Notes: a model not told the origin generated them from the sequence alone. Counted from the stretch's first letter, positions 15,001 through 27,629 are shown. The stretch: DNA of 64,000 nucleotides from Eledone cirrhosa (GCA_964016885.1 OZ024751.1:682001-746000); one strand, 5' to 3'. Made by a program: numbers and translations.

Positions 15001-18000
15001 GTGTGTCTACTGTATATTGGGAGGTTGTATGTCTACAGTATATTGGGAGGTTGTATGTCTACAGTATATTGGGAGGTTGTGTGTCTACTGTATATTGGGA
15101 GGTTGTATGTCTACAGTATATTGGGAGGTTGTATGTCTACAGTATATTGGGAGGTTGTATGTCTACTGTATATTGGGAGGTTGTATGTCTACTGTATATT
15201 GGGAGGTTGTGTGTCTACTGTATATTGGGAGGTTGTATGTCTACTGTATATTGGGAGGTTGTATGTCTACACTATATTGGGAGGTTGTATGTCTACTGTA
15301 TATTGGGAGGTTGTATGTCTACAGTATATTGGGAGGTTGTATGTCTACTGTATATTGGGAGGTTGTATGTCTACTGTATATTGGGAGGTTGTATGTCTAC
15401 ACTATATTGGGAGGTTGTATGTCTACTGTATATTGGGAGGTTGTATGTCTACAGTATATTGGGAGGTTGTGTGTCTACAGTATATTGGGAGGTTGTATGT
15501 CTACAGTATATTGGGAGGTTGTATATCTACAGTATATTGGGAGGTTGTGTGTCTACAGTATATTGGGAGGTTGTATGTCTACTGTATATTGGGAGGTTGT
15601 ATGTCTACTGTATATTGGGAGGTTGTATGTCTACAGTATATTGGGAGGTTGTGTGTCTACAGTATATTGGGAGGTTGTATGTCTACTGTATATTGGGAGG
15701 TTGTGTGTCTACTGTATATTGGGAGGTTGTATGTCTACTGTATATTGGGAGGTTGTATGTCTACAGTATATTGGGAGGTTGTGTGTCTACAGTATATTGG
15801 GAGGTTGTATGTCTACTGTATATTGGGAGGTTGTATGTCTACTGTATATTGGGAGGTTGTATGTCTACTGTATATTGGGAGGTTGTGTGTCTACTGTATA
15901 TTGGGAGGTTGTGTGTCTACTGTATATTGGGAGGTTGTGTGTCTACTGTATATTGGGAGGTTGTATATCTACTGTATATTGGGAGGTTGTGTGTCTACTG
16001 TATATTGGGAGGTTGTATGTCTACTGTATATTGGGAGGTTGTGTGTCTACTGTATATTGGGAGGTTGTATGTCTACTGTATATTGGGAGGTTGTATGTCT
16101 ACTGTATATTGGGAGGTTGTGTGTCTACTGTATATTGGGAGGTTGTATATCTACTGTATATTGGGAGGTTGTGTGTCTACTGTATATTGGGAGGTTGTAT
16201 GTCTACAGTATATTGGGAGGTTGTATGTCTACTGTATATTGGGAGGTTGTATGTCTACTGTATATTGGGAGGTTGTATGTCTACTGTATATTGGGAGGTT
16301 GTGTGTCTACTGTATATTGGGGGGTTGTGTGTCTACTGTATATTGGGAGGTTGTATATCTACTTTATATTGGGAGGTTGTGTGTCTACTGTATATTGGGA
16401 GGTTGTATGTCTACTGTATATTGGGAGGTTGTGTGTCTACTGTATATTGGGAGGTTGTATGTCTACTGTATATTGGGAGGTTGTATGTCTACTGTATATT
16501 GGGAGGTTGTGTGTCTACTGTATATTGGGAGGTTGTATATCTACTGTATATTGGGAGGTTGTGTGTCTACTGTATATTGGGAGGTTGTATGTCTTCTGTA
16601 TATTGGGAGGTTGTGTGTCTACTGTATATTGGGAGGTTGTATGTCTACTGTATATTGGGAGGTTGTATGTCTACTGTATATTGGGAGGTTGTGTGTCTAC
16701 TGTATATTGGGAGGTTGTATATCTACTGTATATTGGGAGGTTGTGTGTCTACTGTATATTGGGAGGTTGTATGTCTACAGTATATTGGGAGCTTGTATGT
16801 CTACTGTATATTGGGAGGTTGTATGTCTACTGTATATTGGGAGGTTGTATGTCTACTGTATATTGGGAGGTTGTGTGTCTACTGTATATTGGGAGGTTGT
16901 GTGTCTACTGTATATTGGGAGGTTGTATATCTACTGTATATTGGGAGGTTGTGTGTCTACTGTATATTGGGAGGTTGTATGTCTACTGTATATTGGGAGA
17001 TTGTGTGTCTACTGTATATTGGGAGGTTGTATGTCTACTGTATATTGGGAGGTTGTATGTCTACTGTATATTGGGAGGTTGTGTGTCTACTGTATATTGG
17101 GAGGTTGTATATCTACTGTATATTGGGAGGTTGTGTGTCTACTGTATATTGGGAGGTTGTATGTCTACTGTATATTGGGAGGTTGTATGTCTACAGTATA
17201 TTGGGAGGTTGTGTGTCTACTGTATATTGGGAGGTTGTATGTCTACAGTATATTGGGAGGTTGTGTGTCTACTGTATATTGGGAGGTTGTGTGTCTACTG
17301 TATATTGGGAGGTTGTATGTCTACTGTATATTGGGAGGTTGTATGTCTACTGTATATTGGGAGGTTGTATGTCTACAGTATATTGGGAGGTTGTGTGTCT
17401 ACTGTATATTGGGAGGTTGTGTGTCTACTGTATATTGGGAGGTATATCTACTGTATATTGGGAGGTTGTGTGTCTACTGTATATTGGGAGGTTGTATGTC
17501 TACTGTATATTGGGAGGTTGTATGTCTACAGTATATTGGGAGGTTGTGTGTCTACAGTATATTGGGAGGTTGTATGTCTACTGTATATTGGGAGGTTGTA
17601 TGTCTACAGTATATTGGGAGGTTGTATGTCTACAGTATATTGGGAGGTTGTGTGTCTACTGTATATTGGGAGGTTGTGTGTCTACTGTATATTGGGAGGT
17701 TGTATGTCTACTGTATATTGGGAGGTTGTATGTCTACTGTATATTGGGAGGTTGTATGTCTACTGTATATTGGGAGGTTGTATGTCTACTGTATATTGGG
17801 AGGTTGTATGTCTACTGTATATTGGGAGGTTGTGTGTCTACTGTATATTGGGAGGTTGTATATCTACTGTATATTGGGAGGTTGTGTGTCTACTGTATAT
17901 TGGGAGGTTGTATGTCTACTGTATATTGGGAGGTTGTATGTCTACAGTATATTGGGAGGTTGTGTGTCTACTGTATATTGGGAGGTTGTATGTCTACAGT

Positions 18001-19215
18001 ATATTGGGAGGTTGTATGTCTACTGTATATTGGGAGGTTGTGTGTCTACAGTATATTGGGAGGTTGTATGTCTACAGTATATTGGGAGGTTGTATGTCTA
18101 CTGTATATTGGGAGGTTGTGTGTCTACTGTATATTGGGAGGTTGTATGTCTACTGTATATTGGGAGGTTGTATGTCTACTGTATATTGGGAGGTTGTATG
18201 TCTACTGTATATTGGGAGGTTGTATGTCTATTGTATATTGGGAGGTTGTATGTCTACTGTATATTGGGAGGTTGTATGTCTACTGTATATTGGGAGGTTG
18301 TATGTCTATTGTATATTGGGAGGTTGTATGTCTACAGTATATTGGGAGGTTGTATGTCTACTGTATATTGGGAGGTTGTATGTCTACAGTATATTGGGAG
18401 GTTGTATGTCTACAGTATATTGGGAGGTTGTATGTCTACAGTATATTGGGAGGTTGTATGTCTACTGTATATTGGGAGGTTGTGTGTCTACTGTATATTG
18501 GGAGGTTGTATGTCTACTGTATATTGGGAGGTTGTATGTCTACTGTATATTGGGAGGTTGGGTGTCTACTGTATATTGGGAGGTTGGGTGTCTACTGTAT
18601 ATTGGGAGGTTGTATGTCTACTGTATATTGGGAGGTTGTATGTCTACTGTATATTGGGAGGTTGTATGTCTACTGTATATTGGGAGGTTGTATGTCTACA
18701 GTATATTGGGAGGTTGTATGTCTATTGTATATTGGGAGGTTGTATGTCTACTGTATATTGGGAGGTTGTATGTCTATTGTATATTGGGAGGTTGTATGTC
18801 TACTGTATATTGGGAGGTTGTATGTCTACTGTATATTGGGAGGTTGTATGTCTACTGTATATTGGGAGGTTGTATGTCTACAGTATTTTGGGAGGTTGTA
18901 TGTCTATTGTATATTGGGAGGTTGTATGTCTACTGTATATTGGGAGGTTGTATGTCTACTGTATATTGGGAGCTTGTATGTCTACTGTATATTGGGAGGT
19001 TGTATGTCTACAGTATATTGGGAGGTTGTATGTCTACTGTATATTGGGAGGTTGTATGTCTACTGTATATTGGGAGGTTGTATGTCTACTGTATATTGGG
19101 AGGTTGTATGTCTACAGTATATTGGGAGGTTGTATGTCTACAGTATATTGGGAGGTTGTATGTCTATAGTATATTGGGAGGTTGTATGTCTACAGTATAT
19201 TGGGAGTTTGTGTGT
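1..19215. repeat. 26-bp tandem satellite, about 739 units, consensus GGGAGGTTGT(A/G)TGTCTAC(T/A)GTATATT; continues past the left window edge
   Basis: Unit read directly. The 26-bp register is the same at base 1 and at about 17,440; a 3-bp deletion occurs near 17443; the array ends at tgggagtttgtgtgtc. Confidence 0.99.
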
Positions 19216-19230
19216 CATATATCTATATTA

Positions 19231-19530
19231 CATATCACATAACTAAACCACATGTCACATAACTATACCGCATGTCACATAACTATACCCCATGTCACAT
19301 AACTATACCCCATGTCATATAATTATACCCCATGTCACATAACTATACCACATGTTATATAACTACTCCACCATTTGCTATATAAGTAGATGTGTAGCAT
19401 AACCATACATGAACATCCCATGTTGCATAACTGCATTACATGTTATATGACCATTCCACATGTTATTTAACTACATCATATGTTCCACAACTACCCAACA
19501 TGTTTTATAACTATTCCTACATGTTAATTA
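19231..19530. repeat. 20-bp minisatellite CATGTCACATAACTATACCC, decaying rightwards
   Basis: About 7 clear units at 19231-19370, then degenerate catg..cataact units. Confidence 0.9.
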
Positions 19531-19576
19531 TTCTGTACAGAGGTAGTTTATACAGTTTTCATCATCCTAGTTACTG

Positions 19577-19757
19577 TTAACCCTTTAGTATTTAAACCAT
19601 AAATATGGCCCCAGAATTCTCTCATTCGTTTCTGTTCAAACCGGCTGTAACCGGCCACTCATACAGATGTTAATATATTGTTCTCAAAATAAATAGCATC
19701 AAAATCTCAAAGATTCGATATTATGTGAAATGATTATGTATGATAAAGCCTTTACCA
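19577..19757 (+). mobile_element. Truncated piggyBac-like MITE (TTAA-CCCTTTAG family)
   Basis: Left end TTAACCCTTTAGTATTTAAAC; interior matches the complete copies at 26993 and 30463. Confidence 0.6.
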
Positions 19758-19774
19758 CAATTTCCTTGGTTTAA

Positions 19775-20203
19775 TCATGGGTCTCGAATAATCATTCCCC
19801 ACTGCTTATTAATTTTTCTGATCTTTTTCCACCCCATCCCCACTTTGTAAATTTTCCTAATCTTTCTCCGACGAAATTGCTATTTTAAGTGGTAGCATTC
19901 CTGCGACAATTAATTTTCTTTATACATTAAAAAACATAATACATGACAAAAAAAGTACATTAATAGAAATCTCATATGTTATAAAACAACAATGAATAAT
20001 TCTGGTTTTAAAAAAAAACCAATGGAGACAAACCTAGAAAAATTACCTCCCACCCTGCTTATTCCAACACCCCCTGCTTATTCCACCCCCACTCCAATTA
20101 TTCCACTACCCCCGCTTATTCCACCTCCACTCAGCTTATTCCCCCCTGCTTATTCCCCCCCCCTGCTTTTTCCAACCCTCTATTATTTGGGACCTGAGAA
20201 TAT
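19775..20203. mobile_element. Probable degenerate MITE with C-rich CTGCTTATTCC subterminal repeats
   Basis: Imperfect inverted ends gggtctcgaataat / attatttgggacc and repeated ctgcttattcc motifs. Confidence 0.35.
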
Positions 20204-20316
20204 TAGAGTATATAAGGTAAATCGAACAACTTAATATTGTAAAACTAGGGGTCATTTCAAGTAGTTTGGTATTAAAAGGGTTGTTGGTATCTGTTGATAT
20301 TTCTTTAATTTTGCAG

Positions 20317-20618
20317 GAGGAGACCAACTGTGACCTGTTCAATAGCATCAATAATGTTAGCAATTCATTCTCCATGAACTCCTTCAATGGCAGCATCCTG
20401 TCTGAGAAACAAGGACCAGACAAAGATATCGTAGAGACAGCATCAGTAAATCCCATTGAATTCAAGCTGCGGCAGTCAGAATATATGGAAGTTCAGAAAC
20501 AGCAGGCTGAATTTATGGAGGCCCAGAAGCAGCAGGCTGAATTTATGGAGGCCCAAAAGCAACAGGCTGAATTTCTGGAAGCCCAGAAACAGCAAGCTGA
20601 GAAATTGGCAGAGGAAAG
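20317..20618 (+). CDS. Internal coding exon of the host gene with four QAEFMEAQKQ-type decapeptide repeats
   Basis: Pyrimidine tract plus ttgcAG acceptor; AG|GTTGGT donor; open frame EETNCDLF...EKLAEER; the repeats differ at several synonymous positions; ends in phase 2. Confidence 0.8.
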
Positions 20619-20699
20619 GTTGGTAATAAAGACCCAATGTGTTAAGTATGTCGAACCATTGTTAATAGAGTATGGAAATTTACAGTTCACATCTATGAA

Positions 20700-20948
20700 G
20701 GTTTAGCTGATCTTTTACAAGGTTGCATTTCATTAAAGGTTTCTCTGGTATTTTAATGATGGTGGCCCTACTCCTATCATATTGACTGTACAGCTTATAC
20801 CTATGTAGGGTTATTTAACTGACTTCCTATGAGGCTGCATCTCATAGTGGGTTTTATGGGTGTTTTAATGATAGGGGCCTTAGTCCTATCATGTTGTTCT
20901 TACAGCTCACAGATATGCATGGTTATTTAGTTCACCGCCTATGAGGCC
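20700..20948. repeat. Diverged tandem pair of about 110 bp; related pair at about 30845-31020
   Basis: Repeated ttttaatgat..ggcc..tcctatcat and cctatgaggc blocks. Confidence 0.55.
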
Positions 20949-21064
20949 AGCTAATATATATATATATATATTAGACCACACGTGATCCGTTGGGCTATGT
21001 TCACTTAAAAATAATTAAAATATATACAGACATGTATATAATGTAAAATGAAATTGGAAGGCCC

Positions 21065-21096
<32 letters not shown>

Positions 21097-21389
21097 TTTG
21101 TTTATGCCACGAAACTACGTAGTCGAGGAATTTAGGAGCAGTTTAGGTATGATACATTTTATTACTAATTATATCTAAATGTTTCTTCTCTCTTCATAAT
21201 GTATTTTTAACTCTGATACTGGTTCAGTCTGGTTCAAACTGAATTGGTCTGTCCCAGTCATTCATTGAGCAACATCGGTGAAGTTGGCACCCTTAACTCA
21301 CAGTTGGGTGCGGATGCATTCATGTATATATGTGTGTGTCCGCATGTATCTGTGTGTTTCTAAATATATATATATATATATATATATAG

Positions 21390-22980
21390 TGTAATGTGGA
21401 GTTACTGTAGGTTCACCCGGGTGAGCACTCGATGTTTAGGTTCACTTCTGTGTCGAGGTGGAGAGCAAAACAGAGTGTATCATAATAAAATAAAACAAGG
21501 ACGAGTGGTTACTCCTTCATTATGTTTATTGGTTGGTGACATGCATTTCGCCACTGATCAGCTCAAGGTTCGATCTGTATTGATCTAGCCCGACTCTGTA
21601 ATCCACGGCTCGTCAGACCCCTTTTAATGTTAATGAAAAAATGATTATACATGGCGTATGAGAAAGACTGATGTTCTTATTCTGGTCAGTGAAGTTAGTT
21701 TTGATTGGTGGGTTAATTCAGAGGGTTGTTTTTGCCTGTAGTGTAGGTGGGGGGTTGGGTGTTTGTAAAGTCATATAGATAGATATATACATGCGGCCAC
21801 ACACACACACAGCATATACATACACGTGTGTATATATACATCAGTGGGGATACATGGTATGGGCATGTCTGTAAACATACGTACACACAGACACACACAC
21901 ACTCGACCGTATCCATGCCTGCACAAAGCATATGGATCTATACACACTGACAGATGCATTGGCAGGCGTACATAAGTGCATACACATATAAGTAGGATAA
22001 ACATATCTGTGCACACACATAACCAGTGATGGAACACGCTGTGGGCAGGGGTATAGACGTACACTCACATACACACAGGCACATGCATATAAATCCATGC
22101 ACATGTAGACACCCACGCACACTTACATACATATACATACATGCACACACATACATGTATACATATATATGCTCACATACATATATATATATATATACAT
22201 ATACACCAGATATACTGGCGTAAGTTATGGAGCATATTGTGAGCGTGGCTGTAAAGGTATACGCACACATAGACGGTCATGCTTGTCCATGGGCATACTG
22301 GCTCTCACAACCGCAAGCACACGGCATGGGTATAACTCTCGTTTAAGCATGCGTACATACACCCATGTCTACACGTGCACATAAGTGCACCCATGCGTAC
22401 ACAGATACTCACGATCACATGTACAGACAGACATGCACCTGCATGCACATCGCCCCACACAGGGGTGGTAGAGAGAGTATGAGGAACAATGTTGAATAGT
22501 GGTGGTGAAGTTACAGGTACAATGTGGTGAAATGTGTGTTGCTGGTTGTATGGTCGTACCTCGTTGGGATGTGGTATGTATTGGTGAGGTTGATAGTTGT
22601 GGATGTACCGTGATGTGTTTGGTGGTGGTGGGGGTGATGAATGCGACATGACATTTACAGGATCGAATCCTACAATGGGTTATATGTCAAAATATGACAG
22701 AAAACAATGTCTATTTGCGTTTCTAAGGGTCTGTGTGGGTTTAGCGGCATTGTGCTTCTGGTCTGGTCATTGTAAGCTATCTTCTCATTGTACCCAGCCT
22801 TTTCATATATACACACACATGGAGTGGGGAGACCCAAGAAGACCTGGTATGAGATAATAAAAGCCGACCATACCCAATTACACCTCTCAAAGGCGATGAC
22901 ACGTGACCTCTGGTGTCATGCAATAATGCAGAAGACCTGACTTCCCACGGGTACAAGCCGAAGCTGATGCATATAGACAA
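21390..22980 (-). mobile_element. Probable non-coding Penelope-like remnant with hammerhead and CA/TG-rich body
   Basis: Minus-strand hammerhead followed by AATAAAC, the same layout as the end of the Penelope-like element at 36.1 kb. Boundaries are approximate. Confidence 0.4.
21535..21619 (-). ncRNA. Type I hammerhead ribozyme with a long stem II insert
   Basis: Minus strand: GGT CTGACGA GCCG...TGGC GAAA TGCATG TC ACC; GUC cleavage triplet. Confidence 0.7.
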
Positions 22981-23048
22981 TATGGAGGTACCACGTCAAA
23001 AAAAGCACCCAGCCCACAGGGTCAGTAGGTCACAACATAACCACACAT

Positions 23049-23530
23049 ATTGTTAACCAGGTAATACTAGAGGGTGTCATACTAAAGGATTGGTGCAGCA
23101 GCATCATTGTCAACTGATACATGGGTAAAGGTGATGCACTAGATAGAGGAAACTATAGAGGTATAAAGCTGATGGACCAGGTCATGAAAGTAACGGAAAG
23201 AGTTATAGCATAGTTGATTAGGGACCGGGTAAAACTAGATGAGATGCAGTTTGGGTTTGTGCAAGGCAAAAGCACCACTGATGCCCTCTTCCTTGTGAGG
23301 CAGTTACAGGAAAAGTACCTAGCTAAAAGTAAGCTGCTCTACCTGGCATTTGTAATCTGGTGGGCTCTTAGAAAAAGGATTAGATGAATTGCTTATGAAA
23401 GCCGTACAAGCCATGTATAGGGGAGCAGTCAGCAAAGTTAGGGTTAACAATGACTATAGCGAGGAATTTAGCATACAGGTCGGTGTCCATCAGGGCTCTG
23501 TTCTTAGCCCTCTCCTGTTTATTATAGTTC
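23049..23530 (+). mobile_element. RTE LINE reverse transcriptase fragment (pseudogene)
   Basis: DEMQFGF, LQEKYL and VGVHQGSVLSPLLF motifs, with stops and deletions. Confidence 0.9.
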
Positions 23531-23610
23531 TAGCTGAGGTGCCCGGTAATACCCGGGAGCAGGTGTTTCAAGTTTGAATGTCATTTACCTATGGTTTAAA
23601 TTTCATATGG
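23530..23610 (+). mobile_element. Possible Helitron/Helentron-like terminus truncating the RTE fragment
   Basis: CTAG followed by hairpin CCCGG-TAATAC-CCGGG exactly where RTE homology stops. Confidence 0.35.
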
Positions 23611-23704
23611 ATATATATATATAAATCAGAATGGAATCAATTTGAAACTGGTTAGACCATTACTGAACAGAGTACTCGATGTTTGGGGTAGTAGGGTATG
23701 GTTA

Positions 23705-23864
23705 TATTATAAAGAGTTGGGACCCAATGGCTGAGCTCTTGCCATTTCAACAGCTAGTTCCATACAGGTCCCAACGGTTAAGCTCTTGCTGTTTCAACAG
23801 CTAATTCCAGAGTCTGGAACTAGCTGTTGAAACAGCAAGAGCTCAGCTGTCGGGTCCTGACCCT

Positions 23865-23872
<8 letters not shown>
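23705..23872. mobile_element. Fold-back MITE with ~58-bp inverted arms and an extra internal copy of the arm
   Basis: gctgagctcttg..tttcaacagctagttcca occurs twice forward and once inverted. Confidence 0.7.
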
Positions 23873-23917
<45 letters not shown>

Positions 23918-24312
23918 CATCTTATGCAAAATCACTGAGGGGTAGATCCCAATAAAGTAATCTAAAATAAGAATATTTCACAATCATCTTTCCCTTGGGA
24001 TATAGTCTTAGTTAAGCAACCTAAAGCTAACAGGCTTCACTAAGTTCCTTTACTGCAGTTTCCAAGACCAAGAAACAGTACTGACCATCCCAATAGATTG
24101 AGACAATCCATCTTGACAGAATATCGTTTCCTCAGAGGGTTTCTGTAAGGTATAATAATAATAATGAAAATTAATCTTTAAGTGAAGTGAAAACAAGCAA
24201 TCATTCTTTCATATCATTGATATTTGAATAAATGTCATATATTTATGTTGTATTATTATTGTTATTGTTTAAATAAAATAAATAAATAAATCATTATTAT
24301 TGTTATTATTAG

Positions 24313-24454
24313 GCAACAAAGACAGAATGACAATAAAGTCTATAAATATATGGTTTTGAATCATGAAAAGAAAATTTTGGAGACTCTTCGAACACTCTGG
24401 AAAGGAAACCAGTTCTGTGATGCCATGTTACAGAATGAATGTGTGTCTATCCCG
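24313..24454 (+). CDS. Coding exon with the N-terminal start of a BTB/POZ domain (Kelch-like or other BTB protein)
   Basis: ttAG acceptor and CCG|GTAAGT donor. Phase 2 joins the previous exon, giving RQQRQNDNKVYKYMVLNHEKKILETLRTLWKGNQFCDAMLQNECVSIP, which fits the BTB start pattern H..LL..L..L......FCD..L. Confidence 0.8.
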
Positions 24455-24500
24455 GTAAGTTTCAGCCTATTGTTATCTTAATTAGCTCTTTTGTTACTAT

Positions 24501-24812
24501 ATACAAAGGGTCAGCTGAAAAGTTCATAGACTGACGAAGATACTCTCATGGATTGACCAAATGTGGTTTATTTTTCAACATTGTCCCTGGAAAGCAACAA
24601 TGCAGTTATTAATAATTGTTTCTATTTTTGGCACAAGGCCAGTGTATTACTGGTACTTTATTTTATCGACCCCGTAAGGCAAAGTTAACCTCGGCGAGAT
24701 TTGAACTCAATTGCAGTTATTAATAATAACAGTTGAAATTAATGGATGCAAGATTTCACAGCTCTAACATCACTCCTTCATACTCAGCCTGTGAAAGTTT
24801 CAGCCTACCCAT
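24501..24812. mobile_element. Mariner-type MITE interrupted by a SINE
   Basis: Imperfect TIR gggtcagctgaaaagttcatag / ctgtgaaagtttcagcctaccc; uninterrupted relative at 26252-26447. Confidence 0.75.
24617..24711 (-). mobile_element. 5'-truncated Nin/Deu-domain-like SINE with target-site duplication
   Basis: TGCAGTTATTAATAA(T) flanks both sides (24601 and 24712); a single copy is present in the empty MITE at about 26349. Confidence 0.85.
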
Positions 24813-24937
24813 GGAGTTCTGTGTCCTTCGTTTGTAAATTTATTTTTGAAAAATAATTTTTTAAGGTTTCCTCTTAAAAAATTGTTTTTTGTTTGTTGCC
24901 TTGTCCTTTGTTAATTTTCTTAAGTTTTTATATACAT

Positions 24938-24970
<33 letters not shown>

Positions 24971-25318
24971 GTTTAACGTCCATGTTCCACGCTTGCATGG
25001 GTTTGGACGAGAGTTTTCCCACTTGAGGCAAGAGTGGTTGTCTTGCTCGCATAGGACTGTCTGGCGGGTTTTCTACAACTGGATGCCCTTCCTAACACCA
25101 ACCACATTTACAATGTGGGACTGGGAGGTTTTTACCGTGTTACCTACACGGCCACATTACAGCGTGGACTGTGTGTTTTTTTTGTCGTGACACCTACACG
25201 ATCTCATTTGTTTCGGGCTGGATGTTGTGGCACCAACATAACTTTACATTGAAAGGGGCGGTGTGGATGGGGTGGGGGTGGTGGGACGGGGGTGTATTTT
25301 GTTAGAGATGCCTACTGA

Positions 25319-25322
<4 letters not shown>
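24938..25322 (-). mobile_element. RTE family A 3' UTR with (GAT)n tail
   Basis: Reverse complement of 25880-26245. Confidence 0.9.
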
Positions 25323-25360
<38 letters not shown>

Positions 25361-25363
<3 letters not shown>

Positions 25364-26245
25364 GATGGAAAATGTTCAGAGAGCTTATACCACTATTGGC
25401 CGCTAAAGGGTTCTCTCTAAAAATGAAGGGCAGGCTGTATGATGCCTGCATACGAACAGCAATGTTACGTGGCAGTGAGACCTGGGCATTGTGTGCAGAG
25501 GATATACGCAGCTTGGAGAGAAACGAAGCTTGCATGCTCCGCTGGATGTGTAATAGTAACATACGTGAACGGCAAAGCATAAATGTACTAAGGGAGAAAT
25601 TAGAAATAAGAGGGATCAGATGTTGTTTACTTGAGAGAAGACTACGTTGGTATGGTCACGTGATGCGCATGAAAGACGACAGCTGTATAAAAAAGTGCAG
25701 GGCAATAAAAATAGACAGTAGCCACGGAGTAGGCAGACCCAGAAAAACCTGGGACGACTTGATAAATTCCGACCTCACACACTTACACCTCTCCAAGGCA
25801 ATGTCACTGGACCGAGAGCTTTGGCGCTACACAGTAATAGAGAAGACCCGCCTTACCTAAGTACAAAGTGAAACCTACTACAGTCAGTAGGCACCTCTAA
25901 CAAAATACACCCCCGTCCCACTACCCCCACCCCATCCACACCACCCCTTCAATGTAAAGTTATGGTGGTGTCACAACATCCAGCCCGAAACAAATGAGGT
26001 CATGTAGGTGTCACGACAAAAAAACACACAGTCCACGCTGTAATGTGGCCGTGTAGGCAACACGGTACAAACCTCCCAGTTCCACACTGTAAATGTGGTT
26101 GGTGTTAGGAAGGGCATCCAGCCGTAGAAAACCCGCCAGACAGTCCTATGCGAGCAAGACAACCACTCTTGCCTCAAGTGGGAAAACCCCCGTCCCAAAC
26201 CCATGCAAGCGTGGAATATGGACGTTAAACGATGATGATGATGAT
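25361..26245 (+). mobile_element. 5'-truncated RTE LINE family A (C-terminal ORF 25372-25860 plus 3' UTR)
   Basis: MLRGSETW, RRLRWYGHVMR and GRPRKTW motifs; tail ggacgttaaac(gat)n. Confidence 0.93.
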
Positions 26246-26251
26246 ATATAT

Positions 26252-26447
26252 ATATGAGGCTCTGCTGAAAAGTTCACAGGCTGACCAAGATACTCTCGGA
26301 TTTACCAAATGAAGTTTATTTTTCAACATAGTCCCTGGAAAGAAACAATGCAGTTATTAATAAGAAGAGTTGAAATTAATGCATGCAAGATTTCACAGCT
26401 CTAACTCCTTTATAGTAAGCCTATGAACCTTTCAGCCTACCCTCGTA
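26252..26447. mobile_element. Mariner-type MITE, uninterrupted copy
   Basis: TA-flanked imperfect TIRs tgaggctctgctgaaaagttcacaggct / agcctatgaacctttcagcctaccctcg. Confidence 0.75.
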
Positions 26448-26663
26448 TATTTATAATGAAAGACACTGCCTGTGATTTCCAAATCAATTAGAAAATTAAG
26501 AATTTGTTGGAATTAGTAATATAACTAACCATTTCATTACCATATTTCTTTCTAATACACAACACTATCTATGATTTTCAAGTCATTTTTGAAAAAGAAA
26601 AAAAAAATGGTGGGATTTAGTAATATAACTTTCCCAGTATTAGACTGCTGTTTGGAACATAAC

Positions 26664-26869
26664 TTAAACCTTTAGCATTTACATTACTCTATATATACTT
26701 TTGTGATATTTCACGATAAAGGCTTTATCTCTCATATTATCTCACATAATATAGAAGCTACGAGATTTTGAGAACAATGCCTTAACATAAGTATAAGTGG
26801 CCAGCTAAGGCCGGTTTGAACAGAGAGAATTCTGGCCAGATATGGCCGGTTTAAATGCTAAAGGGTTAA
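26664..26869 (-). mobile_element. piggyBac-like MITE
   Basis: TTAA at both ends; TIR CCTTTAGCATTTA / TAAATGCTAAAGGG. Confidence 0.8.
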
Positions 26870-26992
26870 CAGAGGTTCTTACAATTATGATAGGTTTTTG
26901 GATAAATGCAAGCAATTTCATCCTTTTGTTTATAAGGAAAAACACTGCCTATGATTTGGAGGAATTTAATAAAATAATGAACTTTCTTATTA

Positions 26993-27176
26993 TTAACCCT
27001 TTAGCATTTAAACCGGCTATATGTGGCCAGAATTCTCTAACCTTTTTCTGTTCAAACTGGCTATAACTGGTCACTCATACTGATGTTAAGGCATTGTTCT
27101 CAAAATAAATAATATCAAAATCTCATAGATTCAATATTATGTGAGATATAGAGTAATGTAAATGCTACAGGATTAA
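26993..27176 (+). mobile_element. piggyBac-like MITE
   Basis: TTAA-CCCTTTAGCATTTA ... TAAATGCTACAGGA-TTAA. Confidence 0.8.
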
Positions 27177-27629
27177 GGTTATATTTGAACATAACTTAGC
27201 TGAGGTTCTTACTTAAAATTATGATGGAAATTTTTAGATAAATATGAATATTTTAAAATAAACAGTTTAGTTTTGTAGAACCAGGGACAGGTTCAGGCTG
27301 TTTGGTATCAAAATGGTTAATTAACTAATTGTTGCTCTAGCTGGGACCCTGATTGGATGGTGGTTATCCGTATGTAATTTACTTTAATCTGTTAGTTGTA
27401 GCAAAGAATAGTTAATAGAGAGGTTTATCTAGAACCACAATTTCCCATTGTTGGGGAAATGTTAGGATTCTCCCTGAGAATTACATTAAAAGTTGATGTA
27501 ATTGTGGAATGCTCGGGCACTTGCATGCTAAATCAGTGATCAAACCATTGAAACACTCTGTCAAAACCAACACAGATCCATTTGAATACCAAGAAAAATA
27601 GTGAAGGAACGAGACAGAATAAGTGAATA

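Noticed and set aside
1-19215. CRISPR array or telomere
   Set aside because: There are no unique spacers and the context is eukaryotic; TTGGG/TTAGG occurs only once per 26-bp unit, not as telomeric tandem repeats.
1-19246. Giant Cys/Tyr/Val-rich ORFs up to 1944 aa
   Set aside because: The 26-bp unit has no + strand stop, so all three frames give the same 26-aa repeat. Stops arise at random in every frame and variation is not codon-structured.
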